The position numbers were made by a program, and so were the translations under genes. A stretch of 64,000 nt of DNA from Eledone cirrhosa (Eukaryota): the NCBI GenBank assembly GCA_964016885.1, contig OZ024742.1, positions 169,570,001 through 169,634,000 of the forward strand, written 5' to 3'. The notes beneath the pieces are model-generated. The model ran no database searches. It was not told where the DNA came from and saw only the letters and a list, made by a program, of their open reading frames with translations. Below are positions 11,146-25,800 of this stretch, one piece after another; within the stretch, counting starts at the first letter, position 1, and each line of letters opens with the position of its first letter.

Positions 11146-13584
11146 CATCATCATCATCATCATCGTTTTACGTCCGTTCTTCCAGGCTAACATGGGTTAG
11201 ACGGGTTATCCTGTTGTGAGCAGTGTCCTGTCGGCTGACCATGTCTTGCTCATACAGGAACTGATTCTGGCTTGATTTCTACAGCTGGATGCCCTTCTTA
11301 ACACCAACCTCATTTACAGTGAGTGCTGGGTGCTTTTTTCCGTGGCACATACACGTCCACTTTACAGTGTGGGCTGGGTGCTTTTTTGCCATGGCACTTC
11401 CATGACCACTTCAGCTTCGGCTTGTTCCTGTGGGTGGTCGGGTCTTCTGTATTACTGTTTGACGCTAGAGGTCACTGTCGTGTGTCATTGCTCTTTAGAG
11501 GTGTAATTGGCAAAGATCGGCCTTTATCACCTCATCCCAGGTCTTCTTGGGTCTCCCCACTCCACGGCTTCCATCGAGTTCTAGTGCTCTGCACCTTTTT
11601 ATGCAGCTGTCATCCTTCATACGCATCACATGTCCATACCAATGTAACCTCCTCTCCTGCACACAGCATTTGATTCCTCTGATGCTGAGTCTCTCTCTCT
11701 CTCAATTCGTTTATACTTTGCCATTCGCGTATATTACTATTACACATCCATCGGAGCATGCAAGCTTCGTTTCTTTCTAATCTGCGCAAGTCTTTTACAG
11801 ACAACGCCCAGGTCTCACTTCCATGTAACATTGCTGTTCGTATACACGCATCATACAGTCTGCCTTTCATTTTGAGGGAAAAGCCTTTTGCAGCTGGCAG
11901 TGGCAGTAGCTCCCTGAACTTCTTCCATCCCGTTCTTACCTTAGTTATTGTACTTTCTGAACACCCACCTCCGCTGCTAATTTGGTCACCTAGGTAGCAG
12001 AAGCTGTTTACTGTTTCTACAGAGCCCTCCCAGAGATTGGTGGTACTTGTTTCCTGTGATCATTTTCTGCTTGCTGTCCCAGCGCACCTGCTACATGGGA
12101 AGCCTACATTCTTAGTTAAACTTCCTGAGATCCTGCTACATCTCTTGTGTACCCATTGTTTGCATTTGGGGCAGAGGATGATGTTCCCACCTACACCTTT
12201 CCTACATACTGAGCAAGGCCATTTACCTGAGGGAATCTGGGTTCTGTTTTCTCGTCTACTTACAAGAACCTTAGTCTTTGTCAGGTTGACTTTGAGACCC
12301 TTTCTTTCTAGTCCCTGCTTCCATGTTTGGAATTTCTTCTCTAGTTCCACCATGAATTCAGCTATAAGTGCAAGATCATCCGGAGTTCTCATGGGCATCC
12401 GGTCTTAAACTCCTCCGTTATTGCCTGCAAAACTATAATGAACAGGAGAGGGCTAAGAACAGAGCCCTGGTGGACACCGACCTGTATACTAAATTCCTTG
12501 CTATACTCTTTGCTGACTGCTCCTCTATACATGGCTTGTACAGCTTTCACAAGCCATTCATCTACTCCAAATTTTCTAAGAGCCCATCAGATTATAGTAC
12601 GGGGGACTCTGTTGAAGACTTTTTCCAGATCGATGAATGCCAGGTAGACCGGCTTACTTTTTGCTAGATACTTTTCCTGTAACTGCCTCTCAAGGAAGAG
12701 GGCATCAGTGGTGTCTTTTCCTGGTATAAACCCAAATTGCATCTCATCTAGTTTCACCCGGTCCCTAATCAACTGTGCTATAACTCTCCGTTACTTTCAT
12801 GACCTAGTCCATCAGCTTTATACCTCTATAGTTTCCTTTATCTAGTGCATCACCTTTACCTTTGTAGCAGTTGACAATGATGCTGCTGCACCAATCCTTT
12901 GGTATGACACCTTCTAGTATTACCTGGTTAACAATTTGTGTGGTTATGGTGTGACCTACCGACCCAGATGCCTTCAGCATCTCGGCAGCTATACCCGATG
13001 GACCGGTTGCCTTCCCTGTTTTCATATCTTTGATTGCCTTACTTACTACGCTGCTGCTGACTTATACTGCTGGCCCCTCTATAGGGTCCACTTAGGGTAG
13101 GGTCTCTTTTTCCCATGCATTCTCCTCGTTTAGTAATCTTTCATAATGGTTCTTCCACGCAGCTTTCTTCTCGGCACTTGTGAGGGCAAGCTCACCATTA
13201 TCATTCCGGATACACTTCTCTCCAATGACATCACAATTCTCTCTGACACACTGCCTCGCAATCTTGAACACCTCCTGTTTCTGGTCCTCACATTGCGAAA
13301 CAACATGCTTGAATTTTCTATCCTCTGCTTCCCTTCTAGCTAAGTATACTTGTCGCCTAGCTTCCCTCCTGATCTCTATGTAATGTACCCTGCTACCCCC
13401 GTTCTTCCATTCTTTCCATGCCTGTCTCTTAGTCTTAACTGCCTCATCTACCTTATTGTTCCACCACCAAGTCATTCTCCTCCTCCCTGTGGACTTGCTC
13501 CAACCACAGATCTCGTCCGTCGCCTTTAGTAAGTTATTTTTTAGGAACTCCTAGTGCTCTTCTACATTGAATGTTTCTATCTGT

Positions 13585-13590
<6 letters not shown>
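11146..13590 (-). mobile_element. 5'-truncated RTE-clade LINE, about 2.45 kb, reverse transcriptase pseudogene
   Basis: Consecutive minus-strand ORF pieces: TWWWNNKV..; KTGKATGPSGI..YKGKGDALDKGNYRGIKL; QFGFIPGKDTTDALF..LAFIDLEKVFNRVPR; DDLALIAE..GLKVNLTKTK; KGRLYDACIRTAMLHGSETWA. Stops and frameshifts lie between them; the catalytic YADD is reduced to DD, apparently by a small deletion; (CAT)n tail. Confidence 0.93.
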
Positions 13591-13633
<43 letters not shown>

Positions 13634-13650
13634 CGTGTGTATGTATATAT
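13591..13650. repeat. (AT)n microsatellite
   Basis: 20 perfect AT units at 13591-13630, followed by degenerate GT/AT. Confidence 0.95.
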
Positions 13651-13651
13651 A

Positions 13652-13687
13652 TTATCATCATCATTGATTAAAGTCCATCTTCCATGC

Positions 13688-13718
<31 letters not shown>

Positions 13719-13745
13719 TTTTATCATGGCCCCAGCACTAAAGAA
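13652..13745 (-). mobile_element. Very short RTE 3'-tail remnant preceding the satellite
   Basis: ATCATCATCATTGATTAAAGTCCATCTTCCATGCT resembles CATCATCGTTTTACGTCCGTTCTTCCAGGCT (about 11158); then (TA)n and a half monomer GTATTTTATCATGGCCCCAGCACTAA. Confidence 0.55.
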
Positions 13746-13811
13746 GCCATATGCTTGGTCAGACTAGAGAATCCTCTCTACCTTATATTGTCTCCATTCA
13801 ATTGCCAACTG

Positions 13812-16800
13812 CTTTACAGAGAATTCTGTGTGTATTTATCATGGTACCATCACTAACACTCTACAGGGTGTACAAGGTGTATTTATCATGGCACCATCAC
13901 TAACACTCTACAGGGTGTACAAGGTGTATTTATCATGGCACCAGCATTAACACTCTACAGGGTGTACAAGGTGTATTTATCATGACACCAGCATTAATAC
14001 TTTACAGGGTGTACAAGGTGTATTTATCATGGCACCATCACTAACACTCTACAGGGTGTACAAGGTGTATTTATCATAACACCAGCATTAACATTTTACA
14101 GAGTGTACAAGGTGTATTTATCATGGCACCATCACTAACACTCTACAGGGTGTACAGGGTGTATTTATCATGGCACCATCACTAACACTCTACAGGGTGT
14201 ACAAGGTGTATTTATCATGGCACCATCACTAACACTCTACAGGGTGTACAAGGTGTATTTATCATGGCACCATCACTAACACTCTACAGGGTGTATAAGG
14301 TGTATTTATCATGGCACCATCACTAACACTCCACAGGGTGTACAAGGTGTATTTATCATAACACCAGCATTAACACTTTACAGAGTGTACAAGGTGTAGT
14401 TATCATGGCACCATCACTAACACTACAGGGTGTACAAGGTGTATTTATCATGGCACCATCACTAACACTCTACAGGGTGTACAAGGTGTATTTATCATGG
14501 CACCATCACTAACACTCTACAGGGTGTAAAAGGTGTATTTATCATGGCACCATCACTAACACTTTACAGAGTGTACAAGGTGTATTTATCATGGCACCAT
14601 CACTAACACTCTACAGGGTGTACAAGGTGTATTTATCATGGCACAAGCATTAACACTCTACAGGGTGTACAAGGTGTATTTATCATGGCACCATCACTAA
14701 CACTCTACAGGGTGTACAAGGTGTATTTATCATGGCACCATCACTAACACTTCACAAGGTGTACTGGCTGTATTTATCATGGCACCATCACTAACACTCT
14801 ACAGGGTGTACAAGGTGTATTTATTATGGCACCATCACTAACACTCTACAGGGTGTACAAGGTGTATTTATCATGGCACCATCACTAACACTACAGGGTG
14901 TACAAGGTGTATTTATCATGGCACCATCACTAACACTCTACAGGGTGTACAAGGTGTATTTATCATGGCACCATCACTAACACTCTACAGGGTGTATAAG
15001 GTGTATTTATCATGGCACCATCACTAACTCTCTACAGGGTGTACAAGGTGTATTTATCATAACACCAGCATTAACACTTTACAGAGTGTACAAGGTGTAG
15101 TTATCATGGCACCATCACTAACACTACAGGGTGTACAAGGTGTATTTATCATGGCACCATCACTAACACTCTACAGGGTGTACAAGGTGTATTTATCATG
15201 GCACCATCACTAACACTCTACAGGGTGTACAAGGTGTATTTATCATGGCACCATCACTAACACTTTACAGAGTGTACAAGGTGTATTTATCATGGCACCA
15301 TCACTAACACTCTACAGGGTGTACAAGGTGTATTTATCATGGCACCAGCATTAACACTCTACAGGGTGTACAAGGTGTATTTATCATGGCACCATCACTA
15401 ACACTCTACAGGGTGTACAAGGTGTATTTATCATGGCACCATCACTAACACTTCACAAGGTGTACTGGCTGTATTTATCATGGCACCATCACTAACACTC
15501 TACAGGGTGTACAAGGTGTATTTATTATGGCACCATCACTAACACTCTACAGGGTGTACAAGGTGTATTTATCATGGCACCATCACTAACACTTCACAAG
15601 GTGTACTGGCTGTATTTATCATGGCACCATCACTAACACTCTACAGGGTGTACAAGGTGTATTTATCATGGCACCATCACTAACACTCTACAGGGTGTAC
15701 AAGGTGTATTTATCATAATACCAGCATTAACACTTTACAGAGTGTACAAGGTGTATTTATCATGGCACCATCACTAACACTTTACAGGGTGTACAAGGTG
15801 TATTTATCATGGCACCATCACTAACACTCTACAGGGTGTACAAGGTGTATTTATCATGGCACCATCACTAACACTCTACAGGGTGTACAAGGTGTATTTA
15901 TCATGGCACCATCACTAACACTCTACAGGGTGTACAAGGTGTATTTAACATAACACCAGCATTAACACTTTACAGAGTGCACAAGGTGTATTTATCATGG
16001 CACCATCACTAACACTTTACAGAGTGTACAAGGTGTATTTATCATGGCACCATCACTAACACTACAGGGTGTACAAGGTGTATTTATCATGGCACCATCA
16101 CTAACACTCTACAGGGTCTACAAGGTGTATTTATCATGGCACCATCACTAACACTCTACAGGGTGTACAAGGTGTATTTATCATAACACCAGCATTAACA
16201 CTTTACAGAGTGTACAAGGTGTATTTATCATGACACCATCACTAACACTCTACAGGGTGTACAAGGTGTATTTATCATGGCACCATCACTAACACTCTAC
16301 AGGGTGTACAAGGTGTATTTATCATGGCACCATCACTAACACTCTACAGGGTGTACAAGGTGTATTTATCATGGCACCATCACTAACACTTTACAGAGTG
16401 TACAAGGTGTATTTATCATGGCACCATCACTAACACTCTACAGGGTGTACAAGGTGTATTTATCATGGCACCAGCATTCACACTCTACAGGGTGTACAAG
16501 GTGTATTTATCATGGCACCATCACTAACACTCTACAGGGTGTACAAGGTGTATTTATCATGGCACCATCACTAACACTCTACAGGGTGTACAAGGTGTAT
16601 TTATCATAACACCAGCATTAACACTTTACAGAGTGTACAAGGTGTATTTATCATGGCACCATCACTAACACTCTACAGGGTGTACAAGGTGTATTTATCA
16701 TGGCACCATCACTAACACTCTACAGGGTGTACAAGGTGTATTTATCATAACACCAGCATTAACACTTTACAGAGTGTACAAGGTGTATTTATCATGGCAC

Positions 16801-19800
16801 GATCACTAACACTCTACAGGGTGTAAAAGGTGTATTTATCATGGCACCATCACTAACACTCTACAGGGTGTACAAGGTGTATTTATCATGGCACCATCAC
16901 TAACACTCTACAGGGTGTACAAGGTGTATTTATCATAACACCAGCATTAACACTTTACACAGTGTACAAGGTGTATTTATCATGGCACCATCACTAACAC
17001 TCTACAGGGTGTACAAGGTGTATTTATCATGGCACCATCACTAACACTTCACAAGGTGTACTGGCTGTATTTATCATGGCACCATCACTAACACTCTACA
17101 GGGTGTACAAGGTGTATTTATCATGGCACCATCACTAACACTCTACAGGGTGCACAAGGTGTATTTATCACAACACCAGCATTAACACTTTACAGAGTGT
17201 ACAAGGTGTAGTTATCATGGCACCATCACTAACACTACAGGGTGTACAAGGTGTATTTATCATGGCACCATCACTAACACTCTACAGGGTGTACAAGGTG
17301 TATTTATCATGGCACCATCACTAACACTCTACAGGGTGTACAAGGTGTATTTATCATGGCACCATCACTAACACTCTACAGGGTGTACAAGGTGTATTTA
17401 TCATAACACCAGCATTAACACTTTACAGAGTGTACAAGGTGTATTTATCATGGCACGATCACTAACACTCTACAGGGTGTAAAAGGTGTATTTATCATGG
17501 CACCATCACTAACACTCTACAGGGTGTACAAGGTGTATTTATCATGGCACCATCACTAACACTCTACAGGGTGTACAAGGTGTATTTATCATGGCACCAT
17601 CACTAACACTCTACAGGGTGTACAAGGTGTATTTAACATAACACCAGCATTAACACTTTACAGAGTGCACAAGGTGTATTTATCATGGCACCATCACTAA
17701 CACTTTACAGAGTGTACAAGGTGTATTTATCATGGCACCATCACTAACACTACAGGGTGTACAAGGTGTATTTATCATGGCACCATCACTAACACTCTAC
17801 AGGGTCTACAAGGTGTATTTATCATGGCACCATCACTAACACTCTACAGGGTGTACAAGGTGTATTTATCATAACACCAGCATTAACACTTTACAGAGTG
17901 TACAAGGTGTATTTATCATGGCACCATCACTAACACTTTACAGGGTGTACAAGGTGTATTTATCATGGCACCATCACTAACACTCTACAGGGTGTACAAG
18001 GTGTATTTATCATGGCACCATCACTAACACTCTACAGGGTGTACAAGGTGTATTTATCATGGCACCATCACTAACACTCTACAGGGTGTACAAGGTGTAT
18101 TTAACATAACACCAGCATTAACACTTTACAGAGTGTACAAGGTGTATTTATCATGGCACCATCACTAACACTTTACAGAGTGTACAAGGTGTATTTATCA
18201 TGGCACCATCACTAACACTACAGGGTGTACAAGGTGTATTTATCATGGCACCATCACTAACACTCTACAGGGTCTACAAGTTGTATTTATCATGGCACCA
18301 TCACTAACACTCTACAGGGTGTACAAGGTGTATTTATCATAACACCAGCATTAACACTTTACAGAGTGTACAAGGTGTATTTATCATGGCACCATCACTA
18401 ACACTTTACAGGGTGTACAAGGTGTATTTATCATGGCACCATCACTAACACTCTACAGGGTGTACAAGGTGTATTTATCATGGCACCATCACTAACACTC
18501 TACAGGGTGTACAAGGTGTATTTATCATGGCACCATCACTAACATTTTACAGAGTGTACAAGGTGTATTTATCATGGCACCATCACTAACACTCTACAGG
18601 GTGTACAAGGTGTATTTATCATGGCACCAGCATTCATACTCTACAGGGTGTACAAGGTGTATTTATCATGGCACCATCACTAACACTCTACAGGGTGTAC
18701 AAGGTGTATTTATCTTGGCACCATCACTAACACTCTACAGGGTGTACAAGGTGTATTTATCATAACACCAGCATTAACACTTTACAGAGTGTACAAGGTG
18801 TATTTATCATGGCACCATCACTAACACTCTACAGGGTGTACAAGGTGTATTTATCATGGCACCATCACTAACACTCTACAGGGTGTACAAGGTGTATTTA
18901 TCATAACACCAGCATTAACACTTTACAGAGTGTACAAGGTGTATTTATCATGGCACGATCACTAACACTCTACAGGGTGTAAAAGGTGTATTTATCATGG
19001 CACCATCACTAACACTCTACAGGGTGTACAAGGTGTATTTATCATGGCACCATCACTAACACTCTACAGGGTGTACAAGGTGTATTTATCATGGCACCAT
19101 CACTAACACTCTACAGGGTGTACAAGGTGTATTTAACATAACACCAGCATTAACACTTTACAGAGTGCACAAGGTGTATTTATCATGGCACCATCACTAA
19201 CACTTTACAGAGTGTACAAGGTGTATTTATCATGGCACCATCACTAACACTACAGGGTGTACAAGGTGTATTTATCATGGCACCATCACTAACACTCTAC
19301 AGGGTCTACAAGGTGTATTTATCATGGCACCATCACTAACACTCTACAGGGTGTACAAGGTGTATTTATAATAACACCAGCATTAACACTTTACAGAGTG
19401 TACAAGGTGTATTTATCATGACACCATCACTAACACTCTACAGGGTGTACAAGGTGTATTTATCATGGCACCATCACTAACACTCTACAGGGTGTACAAG
19501 GTGTATTTATCATGGCACCATCACTAACACTCTACAGGGTGTACAAGGTGTATTTATCATGGCACCATCACTAACACTTTACAGAGTGTACAAGGTGTAT
19601 TTATCATGGCACCATCACTAACACTCTACAGGGTGTACAAGGTGTATTTATCATGGCACCAGCATTCACACTCTACAGGGTGTACAAGGTGTATTTATCA
19701 TGGCACCATCACTAACACTCTACAGGGTGTACAAGGTGTATTTATCATAGCACCATCACTAACACTCTACAGGGTGTACAAGGTGTATTTATCATAACAC

Positions 19801-22800
19801 CAGCATTAACACTTTACAGAGTGTACAAGGTGTATTTATCATGGCACGATCACTAACACTCTACAGGGTGTAAAAGGTGTATTTATCATGGCACCATCAC
19901 TAACACTCTACAGGGTGTACAAGGTGTATTTATCATGGCACCATCACTAACACTCTACAGGGTGTACAAGGTGTATTTATCATAACACCAGCATTAACAC
20001 TTTACACAGTGTACAAGGTGTATCTATCATGGCACCATCACTAACACTCTACAGGGTGTAAAAGGTGTATTTATCATGGCACCATCACTAACACTTTACA
20101 GGGTGTACAAGGTGTATTTATCATGGCACCATCACTAACACTCTACAGGGTGTACAAGGTGTATTTATCATGGCACCAGCATTAACACTCTACAGGGTGT
20201 ACAAGGTGTATTTATCATGGCACCATCACTAACACTCTACAGGGTGTACAAGGTGTATTTATCATGGCACCATCACTAACACTTCACAAGGTGTACTGGC
20301 TGTATTTATCATGGCACCATCACTAACACTCTACAGGGTGTACAAGGTGTATTTATCATGGCACCATCACTAACACTCTACAGGGTGCACAAGGTGTATT
20401 TATCACAACACCAGCATTAACACTTTACAGAGTGTACAAGGTGTAGTTATCATGGCACCATCACTAACACTACAGGGTGTACAAGGTGTATTTATCATGG
20501 CACCATCACTAACACTCTACAGGGTGTACAAGGTGTATTTATCATGGCACCATCACTAACACTCTACAGGGTGTACAAGGTGTATTTATCATGGCACCAT
20601 CACTAACACTCTACAGGGTGTACAAGGTGTATTTATCATGGCACCATCACTAACACTCTACAGGGTGTACAAGGTGTATTTATCATGGCACCATCACTAA
20701 CACTCTACAGGGTGTACAAGGTGTATTTATCATGGCACCATCACTAACACTTTACAGAGTGTACAAGGTGTATTTATCATGGCACCATCACTAACACTCT
20801 ACAGGGTGTACAAGGTGTATTTATCATGGCACCAGCATTAACACTCTACAGGGTGTACAAGGTGTATTTATAATGGCACCATCACTAACACTCTACAGGG
20901 TGTACAAGGTGTATTTATCATGGCACCATCACTAACACTACAGGGTGTACAAGGTGTATTTATCATGGCACCATCACTAACACTCTACAGGGTCTACAAG
21001 TTGTATTTATCATGGCACCATCACTAACACTCTACAGGGTGTACAAGGTGTATTTATCATAACACCAGCATTAACACTTTACAGAGTGTACAAGGTGTAT
21101 TTATCATGGCACCATCACTAACACTTTACAGGGTGTACAAGGTGTATTTATCTTGGCACCATCACTAACACTCTACAGGGTGTACAAGGTGTATTTATCA
21201 TAACACCAGCATTAACACTTTACAGAGTGTACAAGGTGTATTTATCATGGCACCATCACTAACACTCTACAGGGTGTACAAGGTGTATTTATCATGGCAC
21301 CATCACTAACACTCTACAGGGTGTACAAGGTGTATTTATCATAACACCAGCATTAACACTTTACAGAGTGTACAAGGTGTATTTATCATGGCACGATCAC
21401 TAACACTCTACAGGGTGTAAAAGGTGTATTTATCATGGCACCATCACTAACACTCTACAGGGTGTACAAGGTGTATTTATCATGGCACCATCACTAACAC
21501 TCTACAGGGTGTACAAGGTGTATTTATCATGGCACCAGCATTCACACTCTACAGGGTGTACAAGGTGTATTTATCATGGCACCATCACTAACACTCTACA
21601 GGGTGTACAAGGTGTATTTATCATGGCACCATCACTAACACTTTACAGAGTGTACAAGGTGTATTTATCATGGCACCATCACTAACACTCTACAGGGTGT
21701 ACAAGGTGTATTTATCATGGCACCAGCATTCACACTCTACAGGGTGTACAAGGTGTATTTATCATGGCACCATCACTAACACTCTACAGGGTGTACAAGG
21801 TGTATTTATCATAGCACCATCACTAACACTCTACAGGGTGTACAAGGTGTATTTATCATAACACCAGCATTAACACTTTACAGAGTGTACAAGGTGTATT
21901 TATCATGGCACGATCACTAACACTCTACAGGGTGTAAAAGGTGTATTTATCATGGCACCATCACTAACACTCTACAGGGTGTACAAGGTGTATTTATCAT
22001 GGCACCATCACTAACACTCTACAGGGTGTACAAGGTGTATTTATCATAACACCAGCATTAACACTTTACACAGTGTACAAGGTGTATCTATCATGGCACC
22101 ATCACTAACACTCTACAGGGTGTAAAAGGTGTATTTATCATGGCACCATCACTAACACTTTACAGGGTGTACAAGGTGTATTTATCATGGCACCATCACT
22201 AACACTCTACAGGGTGTACAAGGTGTATTTATCATGGCACCAGCATTAACACTCTACAGGGTGTACAAGGTGTATTTATCATGGCACCATCACTAACACT
22301 CTACAGGGTGTACAAGGTGTATTTATCATGGCACCATCACTAACACTTCACAAGGTGTACTGGCTGTATTTATCATGGCACCATCACTAACACTCTACAG
22401 GGTGTACAAGGTGTATTTATCATGGCACCATCACTAACACTCTACAGGGTGCACAAGGTGTATTTATCACAACACCAGCATTAACACTTTACAGAGTGTA
22501 CAAGGTGTAGTTATCATGGCACCATCACTAACACTACAGGGTGTACAAGGTGTATTTATCATGGCACCATCACTAACACTCTACAGGGTGTACAAGGTGT
22601 ATTTATCATGGCACCATCACTAACACTCTACAGGGTGTACAAGGTGTATTTATCATGGCACCATCACTAACACTCTACAGGGTGTACAAGGTGTATTTAT
22701 CATGGCACCATCACTAACACTCTACAGGGTGTACAAGGTGTATTTATCATGGCACCATCACTAACACTCTACAGGGTGTACAAGGTGTATTTATCATGGC

Positions 22801-25800
22801 ACCATCACTAACACTTTACAGAGTGTACAAGGTGTATTTATCATGGCACCATCACTAACACTCTACAGGGTGTACAAGGTGTATTTATCATGGCACCAGC
22901 ATTAACACTCTACAGGGTGTACAAGGTGTATTTATAATGGCACCATCACTAACACTCTACAGGGTGTACAAGGTGTATTTATCATGGCACCATCACTAAC
23001 ACTCTACAGGGTCTACAAGTTGTATTTATCATGGCACCATCACTAACACTCTACAGGGTGTACAAGGTGTATTTATCATAACACCAGCATTAACACTTTA
23101 CAGAGTGTACAAGGTGTATTTATCATGGCACCATCACTAACACTTTACAGGGTGTACAAGGTGTATTTATCTTGGCACCATCACTAACACTCTACAGGGT
23201 GTACAAGGTGTATTTATCATAACACCAGCATTAACACTTTACAGAGTGTACAAGGTGTATTTATCATGGCACCATCACTAACACTCTACAGGGTGTACAA
23301 GGTGTATTTATCATGGCACCATCACTAACACTCTACAGGGTGTACAAGGTGTATTTATCATAACACCAGCATTAACACTTTACAGAGTGTACAAGGTGTA
23401 TTTATCATGGCACGATCACTAACACTCTACAGGGTGTAAAAGGTGTATTTATCATGGCACCATCACTAACACTCTACAGGGTGTACAAGGTGTATTTATC
23501 ATGGCACCATCACTAACACTCTACAGGGTGTACAAGGTGTATTTATCATAACACCAGCATTAACACTTTACACAGTGTACAAGGTGTATTTATCATGGCA
23601 CCATCACTAACACTCTACAGGGTGTAAAAGGTGTATTTATCATGGCACCATCACTAACACTTTACAGGGTGTACAAGGTGTATTTATCATGGCACCATCA
23701 CTAACACTCTACAGGGTGTACAAGGTGTATTTATCATGGCACCATCACTAACACTCTACAGGGTGTACAAGGTGTATTTATCATGGCACCATCACTAACA
23801 CTTCACAAGGTGTACTGGCTGTATTTATCATGGCACCATCACTAACACTCTACAGGGTGTACAAGGTGTATTTATTATGGCACCATCACTAACACTCTAC
23901 AGGGTGTACAAGGTGTATTTATCATGGCACCATCACTAACACTCTACAGGGTGTACAAGGTGTATTTATCATGGCACCATCACTAACACTCTACAGGGTG
24001 TACAAGGTGTATTTATCATGGCACCATCACTAACACTCTACAGGGTGTATAAGGTGTATTTATCATGGCACCATCACTAACACTCTACAGGGTGTACAAG
24101 GTGTATTTATCATAACACCAGCATTAACACTTTACAGAGTGTACAAGGTGTAGTTATCATGGCACCATCACTAACACTACAGGGTGTACAAGGTGAATTT
24201 ATCATGGCACCATCACTAACACTCTACAGGGTGTATAAGGTGTATTTATCATGGCACCATCACTAACTCTCTACAGGGTGTACAAGGTGTATTTATCATA
24301 ACACCAGCATTAACACTTTACAGAGTGTACAAGGTGTAGTTATCATGGCACCATCACTAACACTACAGGGTGTACAAGGTGTATTTATCATGGCACCATC
24401 ACTAACACTCTACAGGGTGTACAAGGTGTATTTATCATGGCACCATCACTAACATTCTACAGGGTGTACAAGGTGTATTTATCATGGCACCATCACTAAC
24501 ACTTTACAGAGTGTACAAGGTGTATTTATCATGGCACCATCACTAACACTCTACAGGGTGTACAAGGTGTATTTATCATGGCACCATCACTAACACTCTA
24601 CAGGGTGTACAAGGTGTATTTATCATGGCACCATCACTAACACTTCACAAGGTGTACTGGCTGTATTTATCATGGCACCATCACTAACACTCTACAGGGT
24701 GTACAAGGTGTATTTATCATGGCACCATCACTAACACTCTACAGGGTGTACAAGGTGTATTTATCATAACACCAGCATTAACACTTTACAGAGTGTACAA
24801 GGTGTATTTATCATGGCACCATCACTAACACTTTACAGGGTGTACAAGGTGTATTTATCATGGCACCATCACTAACACTCTACAGGGTGTACAAAGTGTG
24901 TTTATCATGGCACCATCACTAACACTCTACAGGGTGTACAAGGTGTATTTATCATGGCACCATCACTAACACTCTACAGGGTGTACAAGGTGTATTTAAC
25001 ATAACACCAGCATTAACACTTTACAGAGTGTACAAGGTGTATTTATCATGGCACCATCACTAACACTTTACAGAGTGTACAAGGTGTATTTATCATGGCA
25101 CCATCACTAACACTACAGGGTGTACAAGGTGTATTTATCATGGCACCATCACTAACACTCTACAGGGTCTACAAGTTGCATTTATCATGGCACCATCACT
25201 AACACTCTACAGGGTGTACAAGGTGTATTTATCATAACACCAGCATTAACACTTTACAGAGTGTACAAGGTGTATTTATCATGGCACCATCACTAACACT
25301 TTACAGAGTGTACAAGGTGTATTTATCATGGCACCATCACTAACACTACAGGGTGTACAAGGTGTATTTATCATGGCACCATCACTAACACTCTACAGGG
25401 TGTACAAGGTGTATTTATCATGGCACCATCACTAACACTTTACAGAGTGTACAAGGTGTATTTATCATGGCACCATCACTAACACTCTACAGGGTGTACA
25501 AGGTGTATTTATCATGGCACCAGCATTCACACTCTACAGGGTGTACAAGGTGTATTTATCATGGCACTATCACTAACATTCTACAGGGTGTACAAGGTGT
25601 ATTTATCATGGCACCATCACTAACACTCTACAGGGTGTACAAGGTGTATTTATCATAACACCAGCATTAACACGTTACAGAGTGTACAAGGTGTATTTAT
25701 CATGGCACCATCACTAACACTCTACAGGGTGTACAAGGTGTATTTATCATGGCACCATCACTAACACTCTACAGGGTGTACAAGGTGTATTTATCATAAC

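Noticed and set aside
9525-13383. Plus-strand ORFs overlapping the LINEs
   Set aside because: Antisense shadows of the RTE ORF
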